From Fastidiosibacter lacustris (GTDB taxonomy: Bacteria; Pseudomonadota; Gammaproteobacteria; Francisellales; Francisellaceae), in assembly GCF_003428155.1 (NCBI RefSeq), contig NZ_QLIR01000002.1, forward strand, positions 215,182-247,181: a DNA stretch of 32,000 nucleotides, given 5' to 3'. Below, in pieces: positions 1 to 9,365 of the stretch (positions are counted from its first letter, which is position 1; each line of letters begins with the position of its first letter). Under the pieces are notes generated by a model. That model was not told the origin of the DNA. It did no database searches and was given only the letters and a program-made list of their open reading frames with translations. The translations under genes were made by a program, and so were the position numbers.

Positions 1-372
1 CCTCAGATTGCAGCTATGAATAAAGAAGAATTCGAGTGCGCTAAGGTGCTTGATATGCACGATAGTATCGAATATTGGTTAAGGAATATTGAAAATCAAC
101 CAGATAAATCGTTTTGGCTTCCAACAGATAGCAGTAGATTTTATCCTGATTTTATAGCCAAGCTTAAAGATGATCGTTTGCTGATTGTTGAATACAAGGG
201 GCAACATTTGCTTACGAATGAGGATAGTAAACAAAAAGAGTTAATCGGTCATCGTTGGGCTGAACTTTCTCATAATTTATTTTTGATGGCTACTAATAAA
301 GATGATAAAGGGAGAGGTGTTTTTGAGCAGATTGATTGCTTATTGAAGAATGAAAGTTTTATAGTACCTTAA
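1..372 (+). CDS. 3' end of a larger gene truncated by the window edge: PD-(D/E)xK nuclease-type C-terminal domain, as found at the C-terminus of type III restriction Res-like / DEAD-box helicase-nuclease proteins
   Basis: Frame 1 is open from base 1 (PQIAA precedes the listed Met), so the ORF probably starts upstream of the window. The motif YPDF...LLIVEYKG fits the PD...(D/E)xK nuclease signature. Stop codon is at 370-372. Confidence 0.5.
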   Translation, partial: PQIAAMNKEEFECAKVLDMHDSIEYWLRNIENQPDKSFWLPTDSSRFYPDFIAKLKDDRLLIVEYKGQHLLTNEDSKQKELIGHRWAELSHNLFLMATNKDDKGRGVFEQIDCLLKNESFIVP

Positions 373-403
373 CAATTTTGAAGTCTTAAATTAGAGTGTT
401 AAA

Positions 404-1291
404 ATGGCTGAGTATTCTGAAATTATTGACCAATTTCTTGATGATGTATGGCTTGCTGAAGGCTTAAGTCAAAATACATTGTTATCTTATAAAACAGATT
501 TGATCCATTTGACTAAAGCTTATGATAAAAGAGACTTATTAACATTGGGCTTAATAGAATTACAAAATTTTTTAGCTAAGCGCCTAAATATTGGTTATAG
601 CGCGCGCTCAAATGCACGAATGATCTCAACTTTGCATAAATTTTATCAATGGTGTCATGCGCAAAACAAAATTATTGCTGATCCAACACAAAAACTCATT
701 TTACCAAAATTACCAAAAAGTTTGCCAAAAGATTTATCCGAACAAGAAGTGGAAAAACTATTAGATGCTCCAGACTTAACGACAGAGATCGGAATACGTG
801 ATAAGGCGTTATTAGAGCTTATTTATGCCACAGGGTTACGTGTCAGCGAATTGGTTAATTTAACAGTTGATGATGTGAACTTGCGTCAAGGTGTGGTGCG
901 GGTGATGGGAAAAGGTTCAAAAGAGCGTCTAGTACCAACAGGAGAATATGCACTTGAGTATTTGAATAAATATATTGATGAGGTTCGAGAAGACTGGCTG
1001 CAAGGATTAAAGCTCAATAAGCTTTTTATTTCACATCATAGAAAAGGGATTACACGTCAAACATTTTGGCATCGCATTAAATATTATGCAAATTTAGTCG
1101 ATATTAAAAAAGAAATATCACCTCATACCTTGCGCCATGCGTTTGCAACACACTTACTCAATCACGGTGCTGATTTGCGCTCAGTGCAAATGCTTTTAGG
1201 TCACAGTAGCGTCTCTACCACAACAATTTATACCCACATATCCCAAGTGAGACTAATGAATCTATATAAGGAACATCATCCACGCGCTTGA
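404..1291 (+). CDS. xerD: site-specific tyrosine recombinase XerD
   Basis: Full-length match by eye to E. coli XerD: IDQFLD..WL, LPKLPKSLPKDLSEQEVEKLL, ATGLRVSEL, RQGVVRVMGKGSKERLVP, TRQTFWHRIK, HTLRHAFATHLLNHGADLRSVQMLLGHSSVSTTTIYTH and the C-terminal HHPRA. Confidence 0.95.
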   Translation: MAEYSEIIDQFLDDVWLAEGLSQNTLLSYKTDLIHLTKAYDKRDLLTLGLIELQNFLAKRLNIGYSARSNARMISTLHKFYQWCHAQNKIIADPTQKLILPKLPKSLPKDLSEQEVEKLLDAPDLTTEIGIRDKALLELIYATGLRVSELVNLTVDDVNLRQGVVRVMGKGSKERLVPTGEYALEYLNKYIDEVREDWLQGLKLNKLFISHHRKGITRQTFWHRIKYYANLVDIKKEISPHTLRHAFATHLLNHGADLRSVQMLLGHSSVSTTTIYTHISQVRLMNLYKEHHPRA

Positions 1292-1369
1292 GCAAAAGTC
1301 TATCATAATAATGAGCTTTTAATATTTAAACTTTATTCTATATTCAACTAAAGGAGTGGATAGGATTTA

Positions 1370-3541
1370 TTGGAGTATATTGTGCAGTCATATCAACAGG
1401 ATAGTGGTATTTTAGCATTTGTTCAGGTGGCTAGTTTATATCAAATTGCACTTGATCCTAAAACGATTCATCACCAATTTGCAACGACTAATCAAGCGTT
1501 AGATTGTCAGACGTTGTTGCGCGCAATCAAACGAAATGGCTTTAAAGCAAAGCTTGTCAAAACAGAACCAAGTACTATTCATTCATCTGCTTTACCTGCA
1601 ATTGCATGTGGGAAAACGCATTATTTTGTAGTGGTTGGTATTAATGATAAGCATGAATACTTGATTATCTCACCACACAATACAGAGCTTGTTCGTTTGT
1701 CTTATGAAGAATTTAGTGAACTGTTTGCCAATAAAATAATTTATTTAAATCCACAGGGGCAAGGATCAAACAAGAAAAGTTTTAATATCAAATGGTTTAT
1801 TCCAGTGTTTTGGAAGTATAAACATGTATTTAAGGATGTGTTGATTGCTTCATTCTTTTTGCAATTATTTGCTTTAGTCACACCATTATTTTTTCAGGTG
1901 GTGATGGATAAAGTTGTTGTGCATCAAGCACTCACTTCACTTGAGATTTTAGCCATTGGATTTGTTGCAGTGAGTATATTTGAAATGCTGTTGGGCTCAA
2001 TTAGAACGTATTTATTTGCGCATACAACAAGTCGGGTGGATGTAGAACTTGGGACAAAGTTGTATCAGCATTTACTAAGTTTACCCTTGGCTTATTTCGA
2101 AGCACGACAGGTAGGACAAAATGTAGCACGCGTGAAAGAGTTAGATAATATTCGTCAATTTTTAACCAGTAGCGCATTAACGCTTATTATTGACTTAGGG
2201 TTTACTTTTATCTTTTTTGCAGTGATGTGGTTTTATTCTGCTAAATTGACCTTGATTGTTTTAGCGACAATTCCTTGTTATGTTTTATTATCTTTGTTTA
2301 TTACACCGATTTTAAAATATCGTCTAGACAAGGCATTTAAGGAGGGGGCGAAGAATCAAGCTTTTCTAACTGAATCTTTAACAGGTATTCAAACCATTAA
2401 AGCCGCTGCAATTGAACCACAAATGCAGCATAGATGGGAAGATAATCTATCCAATTATGTACGCACGAACTTTCGTGCGTAAAACTTAAGCAATATTACT
2501 TCTCAAATTGCTCAATTTATCAATAAACTCACCATTTTGCTAATCATCTTTTTTGGCGTGAATTTAGTAATTATGGGAAGCTTAACCATTGGTCAGCTCA
2601 TCGCTTTTAATATGTTAGCAGGGCGTGTTACAGGACCGATTTTGAAAGTAGTACAATTATGGCAGGATTTTCAGCAGGTCAGTATTTCCTTAAAGCGTTT
2701 AGGGGATATCTTGAACAGTAGACCTGAGGAAGAGCCAACGAATATGCAGCATAAGCTTACCAAAGTTGAAGGTGAGATTGAATTTAAAAATGTGCATTTT
2801 CAATATCAGATTGATACTCCAGCGGTATTAAATAATATTTCATTTATCGTAAAACCTGGTCAATCGATTGGTATTGTTGGTCGTTCAGGGTCAGGGAAAA
2901 GCACGCTAACTAAGCTTATTCAAAGGCTTTATGTTTCGCAATCTGGTAGGATTTTACTTGATGGTGCTGATATATCATCCTTAAGTGCCGTGTGGTTAAG
3001 GCAGCAAATTGGTGTGGTATTGCAAGAGAACTTTTTGTTTAACCATAGTATTCGTGACAATATTGCATTAACTTGTCCTGGTATTGCACTTGATTTAGTT
3101 GTGCATGCCTCAAAGCTTGCAGGTGCGCATGAGTTTATTGTGAAACTTAAAAATGGTTATGACACTATTGTTGAGGAGCAAGGTGCAAATTTTTCAGGAG
3201 GACAAAAGCAGCGTATTGCAATTGCTAGAGCCTTGATTAATGAGCCAAAAATTTTAATTTTTGATGAGGCAACTTCAGCCCTTGATTATGAATCAGAGTA
3301 TATTATTCAACAAAATATGGCTGCAATTGCTAAAGACAGAACACTTTTTATAATTGCACATCGATTATCGACTGTTAAGCATTGTGATCAAGTTCTTTAT
3401 TTAGATCAAGGTCAGATTGTTGAACATGGAACACACGATGAACTTATTGCCCAAAATGGGCACTATGCGAAGTTGTATCAAGCACAATTTGTAAAAGTGG
3501 GTGTGAATCAGGAGGATAGTCAATGCAAAAAGTATGGATAA
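1370..3541 (+). pseudogene. HlyB/LssB-type type I secretion ABC transporter (N-terminal C39-like domain, TMD, NBD) interrupted by one in-frame TAA at 2480-2482
   Basis: ORFs 1370-2482 and 2537-3541 are in the same frame, with no other stop between them. Read-through gives ...NYVRTNFRA*NLSNITSQIAQFINKLTILLIIFFG..., a continuous protein of about 720 aa. The N-terminus has QQDSG in place of the C39 QxxxxDCG motif, plus HYFVVV. The NBD has Walker A GRSGSGKST, signature FSGGQKQR and Walker B ILIFDEATSALD. Confidence 0.8.
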
Positions 3542-4932
3542 AATTTAAAAGATTTTGGCAAAATAGAGCAAATTTGAATGAGAAGCGACACCAGCAAAGA
3601 GATGCTTTAAATTTTCTGCCAAGTGCGTTAGAAATACAAGAGCATCCTCCACATCCTGTTGCGCGTGTGATGATGTGGATTTTGGTAAGCATCATCGTAT
3701 TTACCTTGCTTTGGGCATGTATTGGCAAAATGGATGTGATTGTGATAGCGCAGGGAAAAATTGTCCCACAAGCACAAGTGAAAATTATTCAACCATTGGA
3801 AAAAGGTATCGTTAAAGCGATTTACGTTAAAGATGGTCAGTTGGTCATGAAAGAGGAATTATTGCTAGAGTTAGACCAAAGTGTTACCCAAACTGATATT
3901 GAGAATTTGGCACATCAATTAAAGGTTGCTCAACTTATGTTGGCACAACACCAAACGGTCTATAATTTACTCACCTCACATGAGTTTATTGAAATGCGTT
4001 TTGATGAGGTTTTGATTCAAAGTCATGGCTTTTCTGAAATGGAACAAGAATCGCTTAAACAATTGGTATGGCGTAAATGGCAGGTATATGTTGCCGAGAT
4101 TAATCGTTTAGAAGCAAATGTAAACGTTGCAAAAGCTGAGTTAAATGCAGCACAAGAACAAATAAAAATGCTAACTCAAACTGTACCTATCATCCGTGAA
4201 CAAAATAAGATGTATCACGCGTTACATCAAAGTGATTTTGCGTCAAAAGCAGAGTATCTACAAAGTCAAAAAGATTTGATTGAGAAAGAGCAATTGTTAG
4301 CGCAATCAAATGCAACTTATGCTCAATTACAAGCAAATTTGGCGAGTCATATCAGTGAGCTTAAGCGAGTTAAAGCTGACTATTTTGCCCAAAGTTTAGA
4401 ATCTATTGAAATGGCAAAAAAGGACGTTAACATACTCTCAAAGGAACTCACTAAATATGAGCTTATGCAAAGAGAGCAAAGTTTAAAAGCTCCTATTACT
4501 GGCTATATCCATAATCTAGCTGTTCATACATTAGGAGCAGTTGTAACGTCCGCGCAAATGCTGATGCAGATTATCCCTAAAGCCAGTCCATTAGAAGTAA
4601 ATGCTACAATCCCAAATAAAGACATTGGCTATTTGCATGAAGGGCAAAAGGTAAGAATAAAAGTCGATACCTATCCTTTTACCGAGTATGGATTTTTAAC
4701 GGGTAAAATACTTGAAATAACTGATGATGCAATTGAAGATGAGCGTTTGGGATTAGTGTTTAAGATCATGGTAAGCCTTGACCAAAACACACTTCAAAAA
4801 GGCAATAGCAGTTTTGCTATTCGTCCAGGTATGTCGGTGATAGTTGAAGTTAAAACACATGAAAGGCGTATTATAGAATATTTTTTAAGCCCATTAGTTA
4901 AAGCGTTTAAAGAGAGTTTGCATGAACGATAA
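3523..4932 (+). CDS. HlyD-family type I secretion periplasmic adaptor (membrane fusion protein)
   Basis: The N-terminus FLPSALEIQEHPPHP, a single TM helix and GKIVP resemble HlyD. It has a long coiled-coil middle and a C-terminal beta-barrel region (APITGYIHNL, GMSVIVEVKT). It overlaps the end of the ABC gene by 19 nt. Confidence 0.88.
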   Translation: MQKVWIKFKRFWQNRANLNEKRHQQRDALNFLPSALEIQEHPPHPVARVMMWILVSIIVFTLLWACIGKMDVIVIAQGKIVPQAQVKIIQPLEKGIVKAIYVKDGQLVMKEELLLELDQSVTQTDIENLAHQLKVAQLMLAQHQTVYNLLTSHEFIEMRFDEVLIQSHGFSEMEQESLKQLVWRKWQVYVAEINRLEANVNVAKAELNAAQEQIKMLTQTVPIIREQNKMYHALHQSDFASKAEYLQSQKDLIEKEQLLAQSNATYAQLQANLASHISELKRVKADYFAQSLESIEMAKKDVNILSKELTKYELMQREQSLKAPITGYIHNLAVHTLGAVVTSAQMLMQIIPKASPLEVNATIPNKDIGYLHEGQKVRIKVDTYPFTEYGFLTGKILEITDDAIEDERLGLVFKIMVSLDQNTLQKGNSSFAIRPGMSVIVEVKTHERRIIEYFLSPLVKAFKESLHER

Positions 4933-4947
4933 TGGCTTGACTATTTA

Positions 4948-5925
4948 TCAAGAGCGTAATGTTTTGAGGGCTTTTTCAAAAACATTGACATTTGCATCAT
5001 ATCGTGTTGCATTTTCGCTTAAAAATCGACGATATAGGCGGGCGTTAGGGTAGCCATTAAATAAATTAAGCGTATGTCTTGTAATATGATTTAGCTTAGT
5101 TCCTGGGGTTTTGAGTTCATTTTCAATATACTGAATTAAGTTTTCAGCAACATCAAATGGTGTTATGTGTCTAAGCTTCTCGTTGTAAAAAAAATGATCA
5201 ACATCTTTAAACAACATCGGATTATGATAAGCTTCACGACCGATCATAACACTATCAACTTTTTCTAAATGTGTTTTCGCCTCATTGAAGTTGGTAATGC
5301 CACCGTTAATACCGATTTGGTTATTAGGAAAAAGCTGTTTAATTCGGTACACCGTATCGTATTTCAAAGGTGGAATCGTTCGGTTTTCTTTAGGACTTAG
5401 CCCTTTTAACCAACCTTTTCGTGCGTGAATACAGATAAAGTCTACTTTAGCATCGACAATGCTTTGGATAAAATAAATAAGTTCATCAAAACTATCCTTA
5501 TCATCTACTCCAATTCGGCATTTGACAGAAACAGGAATATTAACGGCTGTTTTTAAAGCAACAACGCATTCTTTGACTAATTGAGGTTTATACATCAGTG
5601 ATAATCCAAACTCACCTTGTGATACACGGTCACTTGGGCAACCGACGTTTAGATTGATCTCACTAAATCCAAGCTCTTTAGCCAGTTTGGCACAAAAAGC
5701 TAGATCTTTTGGATTATTACCACCTAGTTGTAAGGTCAACGGATTTTCTTGTGGTGAATATTGTAATAAATGTTCGCGTGAACCATGAATGATTGCATTT
5801 GTGGTAATCATTTCAGTATAAAGAATAGTACGTTTTGTAATTAGTCTCATCATGTAACGATAGTGACGATCTGTCCAATCGATCATAGGTGCAATGCAAA
5901 TTTTACGTGCTAAGGCGTGTGACAT
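4948..5925 (-). CDS. dusA: tRNA-dihydrouridine(20/20a) synthase DusA
   Basis: N-terminal IAPMIDWTDRHYRYMMRL, LQLGGNNP, NLNVGCPSDRV, SVKCRIG and HARKGWLKGLSPKENR are typical DusA motifs. Confidence 0.9.
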   Translation of the reverse strand: MSHALARKICIAPMIDWTDRHYRYMMRLITKRTILYTEMITTNAIIHGSREHLLQYSPQENPLTLQLGGNNPKDLAFCAKLAKELGFSEINLNVGCPSDRVSQGEFGLSLMYKPQLVKECVVALKTAVNIPVSVKCRIGVDDKDSFDELIYFIQSIVDAKVDFICIHARKGWLKGLSPKENRTIPPLKYDTVYRIKQLFPNNQIGINGGITNFNEAKTHLEKVDSVMIGREAYHNPMLFKDVDHFFYNEKLRHITPFDVAENLIQYIENELKTPGTKLNHITRHTLNLFNGYPNARLYRRFLSENATRYDANVNVFEKALKTLRS

Positions 5926-6102
5926 GAATGTCTATAAAGTCATATTTATTTTAAATGTACAGTATAACAAATGTTCTTGATTGCAGCTATTGCTAGTTTC
6001 ATAACTGAAAAATGATAAAACTTCAAAATTTTAAGGTTGTAATTTGTCACAATCAGATTATTATGGCGATACTTAGTGAGCTTTTAATAAGTAAAAGTCT
6101 TT

Positions 6103-6750
6103 ATGCTACGAAAAATTATTAAATCATTAATCCCAAGTCGCGGAGAAATTTTCTTTGATCTATTTGTCCAAGCTGCCGAAAATGTACATACTTCAGCGAG
6201 TTTTTTAGTTGACATTGTTAAAGAAGAAAATGCTAAAATAGCCAATGAGCTTATGACCAATCTCAGGCAACAGCGTCAAAATGCAGTCGATATTAATAAG
6301 AAAATCATCGTTGAACTAAATGAGCAGTTTATTACGCCAATTGATCGTGGTGATATCTTCTATTTATCTGGACTGATGCTGAAGTTGACCAAACGTATCA
6401 TTAAAATCAATAAAAAAATGCAAATTTACGCAATTGATAGCAAGGTAGACGATTGTTTGATTCGTAGCGTTGTGACTTTGCAAGACATTACAAAATCGCT
6501 GTGTGATTTATTCATTGCATTTAAAAATAAAGATGGTCAAAAAATTAAACTGGCCTCGCAACATGCAACAGAGCTTGATGAAAATGTCGTCGAAGATTTA
6601 GGTGATGCTATTGATCAGATCAAAAAAGCAGATTATGACACCTTGACTACAATTAAATTAAAAGAGGTTTTTAAAGCGGTTGAATCAGCAGTCGACACTA
6701 GTGCTACCCTATGTGATTCAGTGATGCGCATTTATGTTAAGGAAATTTAG
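6103..6750 (+). CDS. DUF47 / PhoU-like putative phosphate transport regulator, the usual partner of PiT
   Basis: About 215 aa and helical, with ITPIDRGDI and a C-terminal Dxxxxxxxk pattern. It ends 2 nt before a PiT gene, which is the classic DUF47-PiT pair. Confidence 0.75.
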   Translation: MLRKIIKSLIPSRGEIFFDLFVQAAENVHTSASFLVDIVKEENAKIANELMTNLRQQRQNAVDINKKIIVELNEQFITPIDRGDIFYLSGLMLKLTKRIIKINKKMQIYAIDSKVDDCLIRSVVTLQDITKSLCDLFIAFKNKDGQKIKLASQHATELDENVVEDLGDAIDQIKKADYDTLTTIKLKEVFKAVESAVDTSATLCDSVMRIYVKEI

Positions 6751-6752
6751 TT

Positions 6753-7769
6753 ATGATGATAGTCCTTATTTGTATTATCATTATTGCTTTGTTTTTTGAA
6801 TTTATTAATGGATTTCACGATGTTGCAAATGTTGTGGCAACTCCGATTGCGTCAAAGTCACTTTCACCATATCAAGCAATTATTATTGCTGCAATTTTTA
6901 ATTTTATTGGTGCCTTTATGGGTACTGCCGTTGCAACCACAATTAGTAAAGGTTTAGTAGATGCTAATGTTATCACCCATTTAGTGCTTGTTGCGGCACT
7001 TATTGCTGCAATAAGTTGGAATTTATTTACTTGGTATTTTGGTATCCCTTCTAGTTCATCACATGCTCTAATTGGTTCTTTAGTAGGAGCTGCTATTGCG
7101 GTAAGTAATATCCATACCATTCACTATAGTGTCTTAATTGGTAAGGTTATTGTGCCGATGGTGTTATCACCGATTGTGGCATTTTTCTTAGCACTCATTT
7201 TAGTTGTTATTTTATTTCGTATCCTAAGCAAAAGAAAAACGCCGCGTAAATCTAATGCACGTATTCGAGAGTTGCAAGTGATCTCAAGCAGTTTATTGGC
7301 ATTAAGTCATGGTTCAAATGATGCTCAAAAAACCATGTCAATTATTACTTTGGCTTTGTTTGGTTTTGGGCTTGTTTCTACCGTTTCCCATGTTCCAATA
7401 TGGGTGATTTGTGTTTGTGCATTAACAATGGCTTTAGGGACTTTAGCAGGTGGTATGCGCATTATTAAAACGCTTACCACTCGAGTAGCTAAAATTGGAC
7501 CTGCAAATGGATTTGCTGCTGAGATGAGCTCAGGATTATTGATTTTAGGTGCTTCTCATTTGGGCTTGCCGGTAAGTACAACGCAAGCTGCTTCTGGTTC
7601 GATTATGGGAGCAGGGTATCCTGAAAGTGGTGGCGTAAATTGGAAAGTGGTGCGTACAATGGCAACTGCATGGCTTTTAACTTTACCATGTTGCATGCTA
7701 CTGAGTTTTATTGCCTACAAATTATTATTTGTATTATTTGGAGAGCTTGGAACTTCTGTCAATATTTAG
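6753..7769 (+). CDS. inorganic phosphate transporter, PiT (PHO4) family
   Basis: Has both PiT signature repeats: FINGFHDVANVVAT near the N-terminus and SHGSNDAQKTMSII in the second half. Polytopic membrane protein. Confidence 0.9.
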   Translation: MMIVLICIIIIALFFEFINGFHDVANVVATPIASKSLSPYQAIIIAAIFNFIGAFMGTAVATTISKGLVDANVITHLVLVAALIAAISWNLFTWYFGIPSSSSHALIGSLVGAAIAVSNIHTIHYSVLIGKVIVPMVLSPIVAFFLALILVVILFRILSKRKTPRKSNARIRELQVISSSLLALSHGSNDAQKTMSIITLALFGFGLVSTVSHVPIWVICVCALTMALGTLAGGMRIIKTLTTRVAKIGPANGFAAEMSSGLLILGASHLGLPVSTTQAASGSIMGAGYPESGGVNWKVVRTMATAWLLTLPCCMLLSFIAYKLLFVLFGELGTSVNI

Positions 7770-7778
7770 GTTGCGGTC

Positions 7779-9134
7779 ATGTTATTAAAATTAGAAAGAA
7801 AATCAACGCTCAGTATTGCTACTATTTATGTTTTTAGAATGCTGGGACTTTTTATTATCTTGCCTATTTTTAGTTTATATGCTGATAAAATTATTGATGC
7901 AACACCAACACTTATGGGGGCTGCGCTGGGTATTTATGGTTTAACGCAAGCATTATTACAAATTGTACTTGGTGTGCTATCAGATAAATATGGTCGCAAG
8001 CCAATCATTTTATTTGGGCTAATTATTTTTATCTTAGGTAGTGTTGTCGCTGCGATGTCACATACTATTTATGGTATTATCATAGGGCGCGCTTTACAAG
8101 GTGCCGGGGCAATAGGTAGCACTTTAACTGCATTAATTGCGGATACAACAACTGAAGAAAACAGAATGAAAGCGATGTCTGTGATTGGCATGGCGATTGG
8201 TTTGTCATTTATTGGTGCAATGGTGATCAGTCCAATTTTAAATTCAATCATTGGACTAAGTGGTATTTTTTGGCTTACCGCAATGCTTGGTGTGATTGGT
8301 ATTGTGATTCTAATATATGGTGTACCAACACCGACTAAGATCATTTTTCATCGTGGTACAGAGACCACACCAAGTCAAATTAAGAATGTGCTGTGGAAAT
8401 CTGAATTGCTGCGTTTAAATTATGGTATTTTTAGTCTGCATACAATGCTAACAGCATTATTTTTAGTTATCCCAATTATCTTGATTGATTATATTGGTAT
8501 TAGCATATCGAAGCAGTGGATAGTATATTTACCTGTGTTGTTTATTTCCTTTTTACTTATGATTCCATTTATTTTCATTGCGGAAACTAAAAATTTAATT
8601 AAACCAATTTTTATTGGAGCAATAATTGTTTTAACTGCAATACAATTTTTATTAGTTGAATTCTACCAACATATTATCATTATGAGTGTATTGCTTGTTT
8701 TGTATTTTGCAAGCTTTACATTTCTAGAGGCAGCACTGCCTTCCCTTATTTCCAAAATGGCATCAATTACAAGCAAAGGCACAGCAATGGGGGTCTACTC
8801 AAGTACACAATTTTTGGGTATTTTTTTTGGTGGTGTAATGGGTGGTGTGGTACTTCATCAGACAAATATTAAAGGTATTTTTATCTTCAATGGAATGCTT
8901 GGATTGATATGGATTATAATTGCCGTAACGATGCAAAAACCAAAACAAGTGAGTTCAAAGTTGTATAGCTTAAAAAACCTAAAGCAAAAAATAGACGCTA
9001 AAGCACTGCAACAACAGATCATCAAACTGCCTGGTGTTGAAGAAGCAATGGTGTGTATGGATGAATGTGTGGCTTATCTTAAAGTTGATAAAAAATATTT
9101 CGATGAAAAGAAGTTAAAAATGCTTTTTAATTGA
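7779..9134 (+). CDS. yajR: MFS transporter, YajR-like, with a C-terminal soluble ferredoxin-like (YAM-type) domain
   Basis: The N-terminal half aligns by eye with E. coli YajR (FRMLG.F..LP, GIYGLTQA..QI..G.LSD..GRKP, GRALQG.GAI). After 12 TM segments there is a roughly 60 aa hydrophilic tail (IKLPGVEEAMVCMDECVAYLKVDKKYFDEKKL). Confidence 0.75.
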   Translation: MLLKLERKSTLSIATIYVFRMLGLFIILPIFSLYADKIIDATPTLMGAALGIYGLTQALLQIVLGVLSDKYGRKPIILFGLIIFILGSVVAAMSHTIYGIIIGRALQGAGAIGSTLTALIADTTTEENRMKAMSVIGMAIGLSFIGAMVISPILNSIIGLSGIFWLTAMLGVIGIVILIYGVPTPTKIIFHRGTETTPSQIKNVLWKSELLRLNYGIFSLHTMLTALFLVIPIILIDYIGISISKQWIVYLPVLFISFLLMIPFIFIAETKNLIKPIFIGAIIVLTAIQFLLVEFYQHIIIMSVLLVLYFASFTFLEAALPSLISKMASITSKGTAMGVYSSTQFLGIFFGGVMGGVVLHQTNIKGIFIFNGMLGLIWIIIAVTMQKPKQVSSKLYSLKNLKQKIDAKALQQQIIKLPGVEEAMVCMDECVAYLKVDKKYFDEKKLKMLFN

Positions 9135-9232
9135 GTCTGTAACGTCTGAATTTTGTTATCTGTTTGATTCATAGAGATGGGTTCAATTTTTTCTGCGAAT
9201 ATTCTTCTGTGATTAAGTGTTTCTTTTCTAAG

Positions 9233-9256
9233 CTGCAATGCTTTTGCAGAGTTTTT
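9233..9256 (+). terminator. weak candidate intrinsic terminator downstream of yajR
   Basis: CTGCAA-TGCTT-TTGCAG hairpin (6 bp stem) followed by AG and TTTTT. The stem is short, so support is weak. Confidence 0.3.
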
Positions 9257-9365
9257 CTAGATTTGACAAAATAACGATGAGTTTCAGTGGGTTTTTGCAC
9301 ATTGCGGGAAGTTTGAGATAGTTACGGTAAAAAATGGTTCACAGAATCTAGATTACAGTGAGAGC

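Noticed and set aside
3444-3728. 94-aa minus-strand ORF overlapping the hlyB/hlyD junction
   Set aside because: It is entirely antisense to two strongly supported genes, with Cys/Ser/Phe-rich shadow-frame composition and no SD sequence.
6044-6061. Possible Pho box (TTGTCACAATCAGATTAT) upstream of the DUF47-PiT genes
   Set aside because: Only the first 7-mer resembles CTGTCAT. The second repeat at the required 11-bp phase (AGATTAT) matches poorly, so this is not supportable without a matrix scan.
4948-6102. dusA 5' end as a known hotspot for DusA-specific integrase islands
   Set aside because: The dusA ORF is full length with a normal N-terminus. The upstream 177 bp lead straight into DUF47-PiT, and no integrase or att-like duplication is visible.
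6872-7120. Minus-strand ORFs inside PiT and YajR (6872-7120, 8069-8344) and the + ORF 7640-7837
   Set aside because: These are antisense or out-of-frame shadows of membrane-protein genes. Their Ile/Ala/Pro-rich translation mirrors the hydrophobic codons of the real frame.
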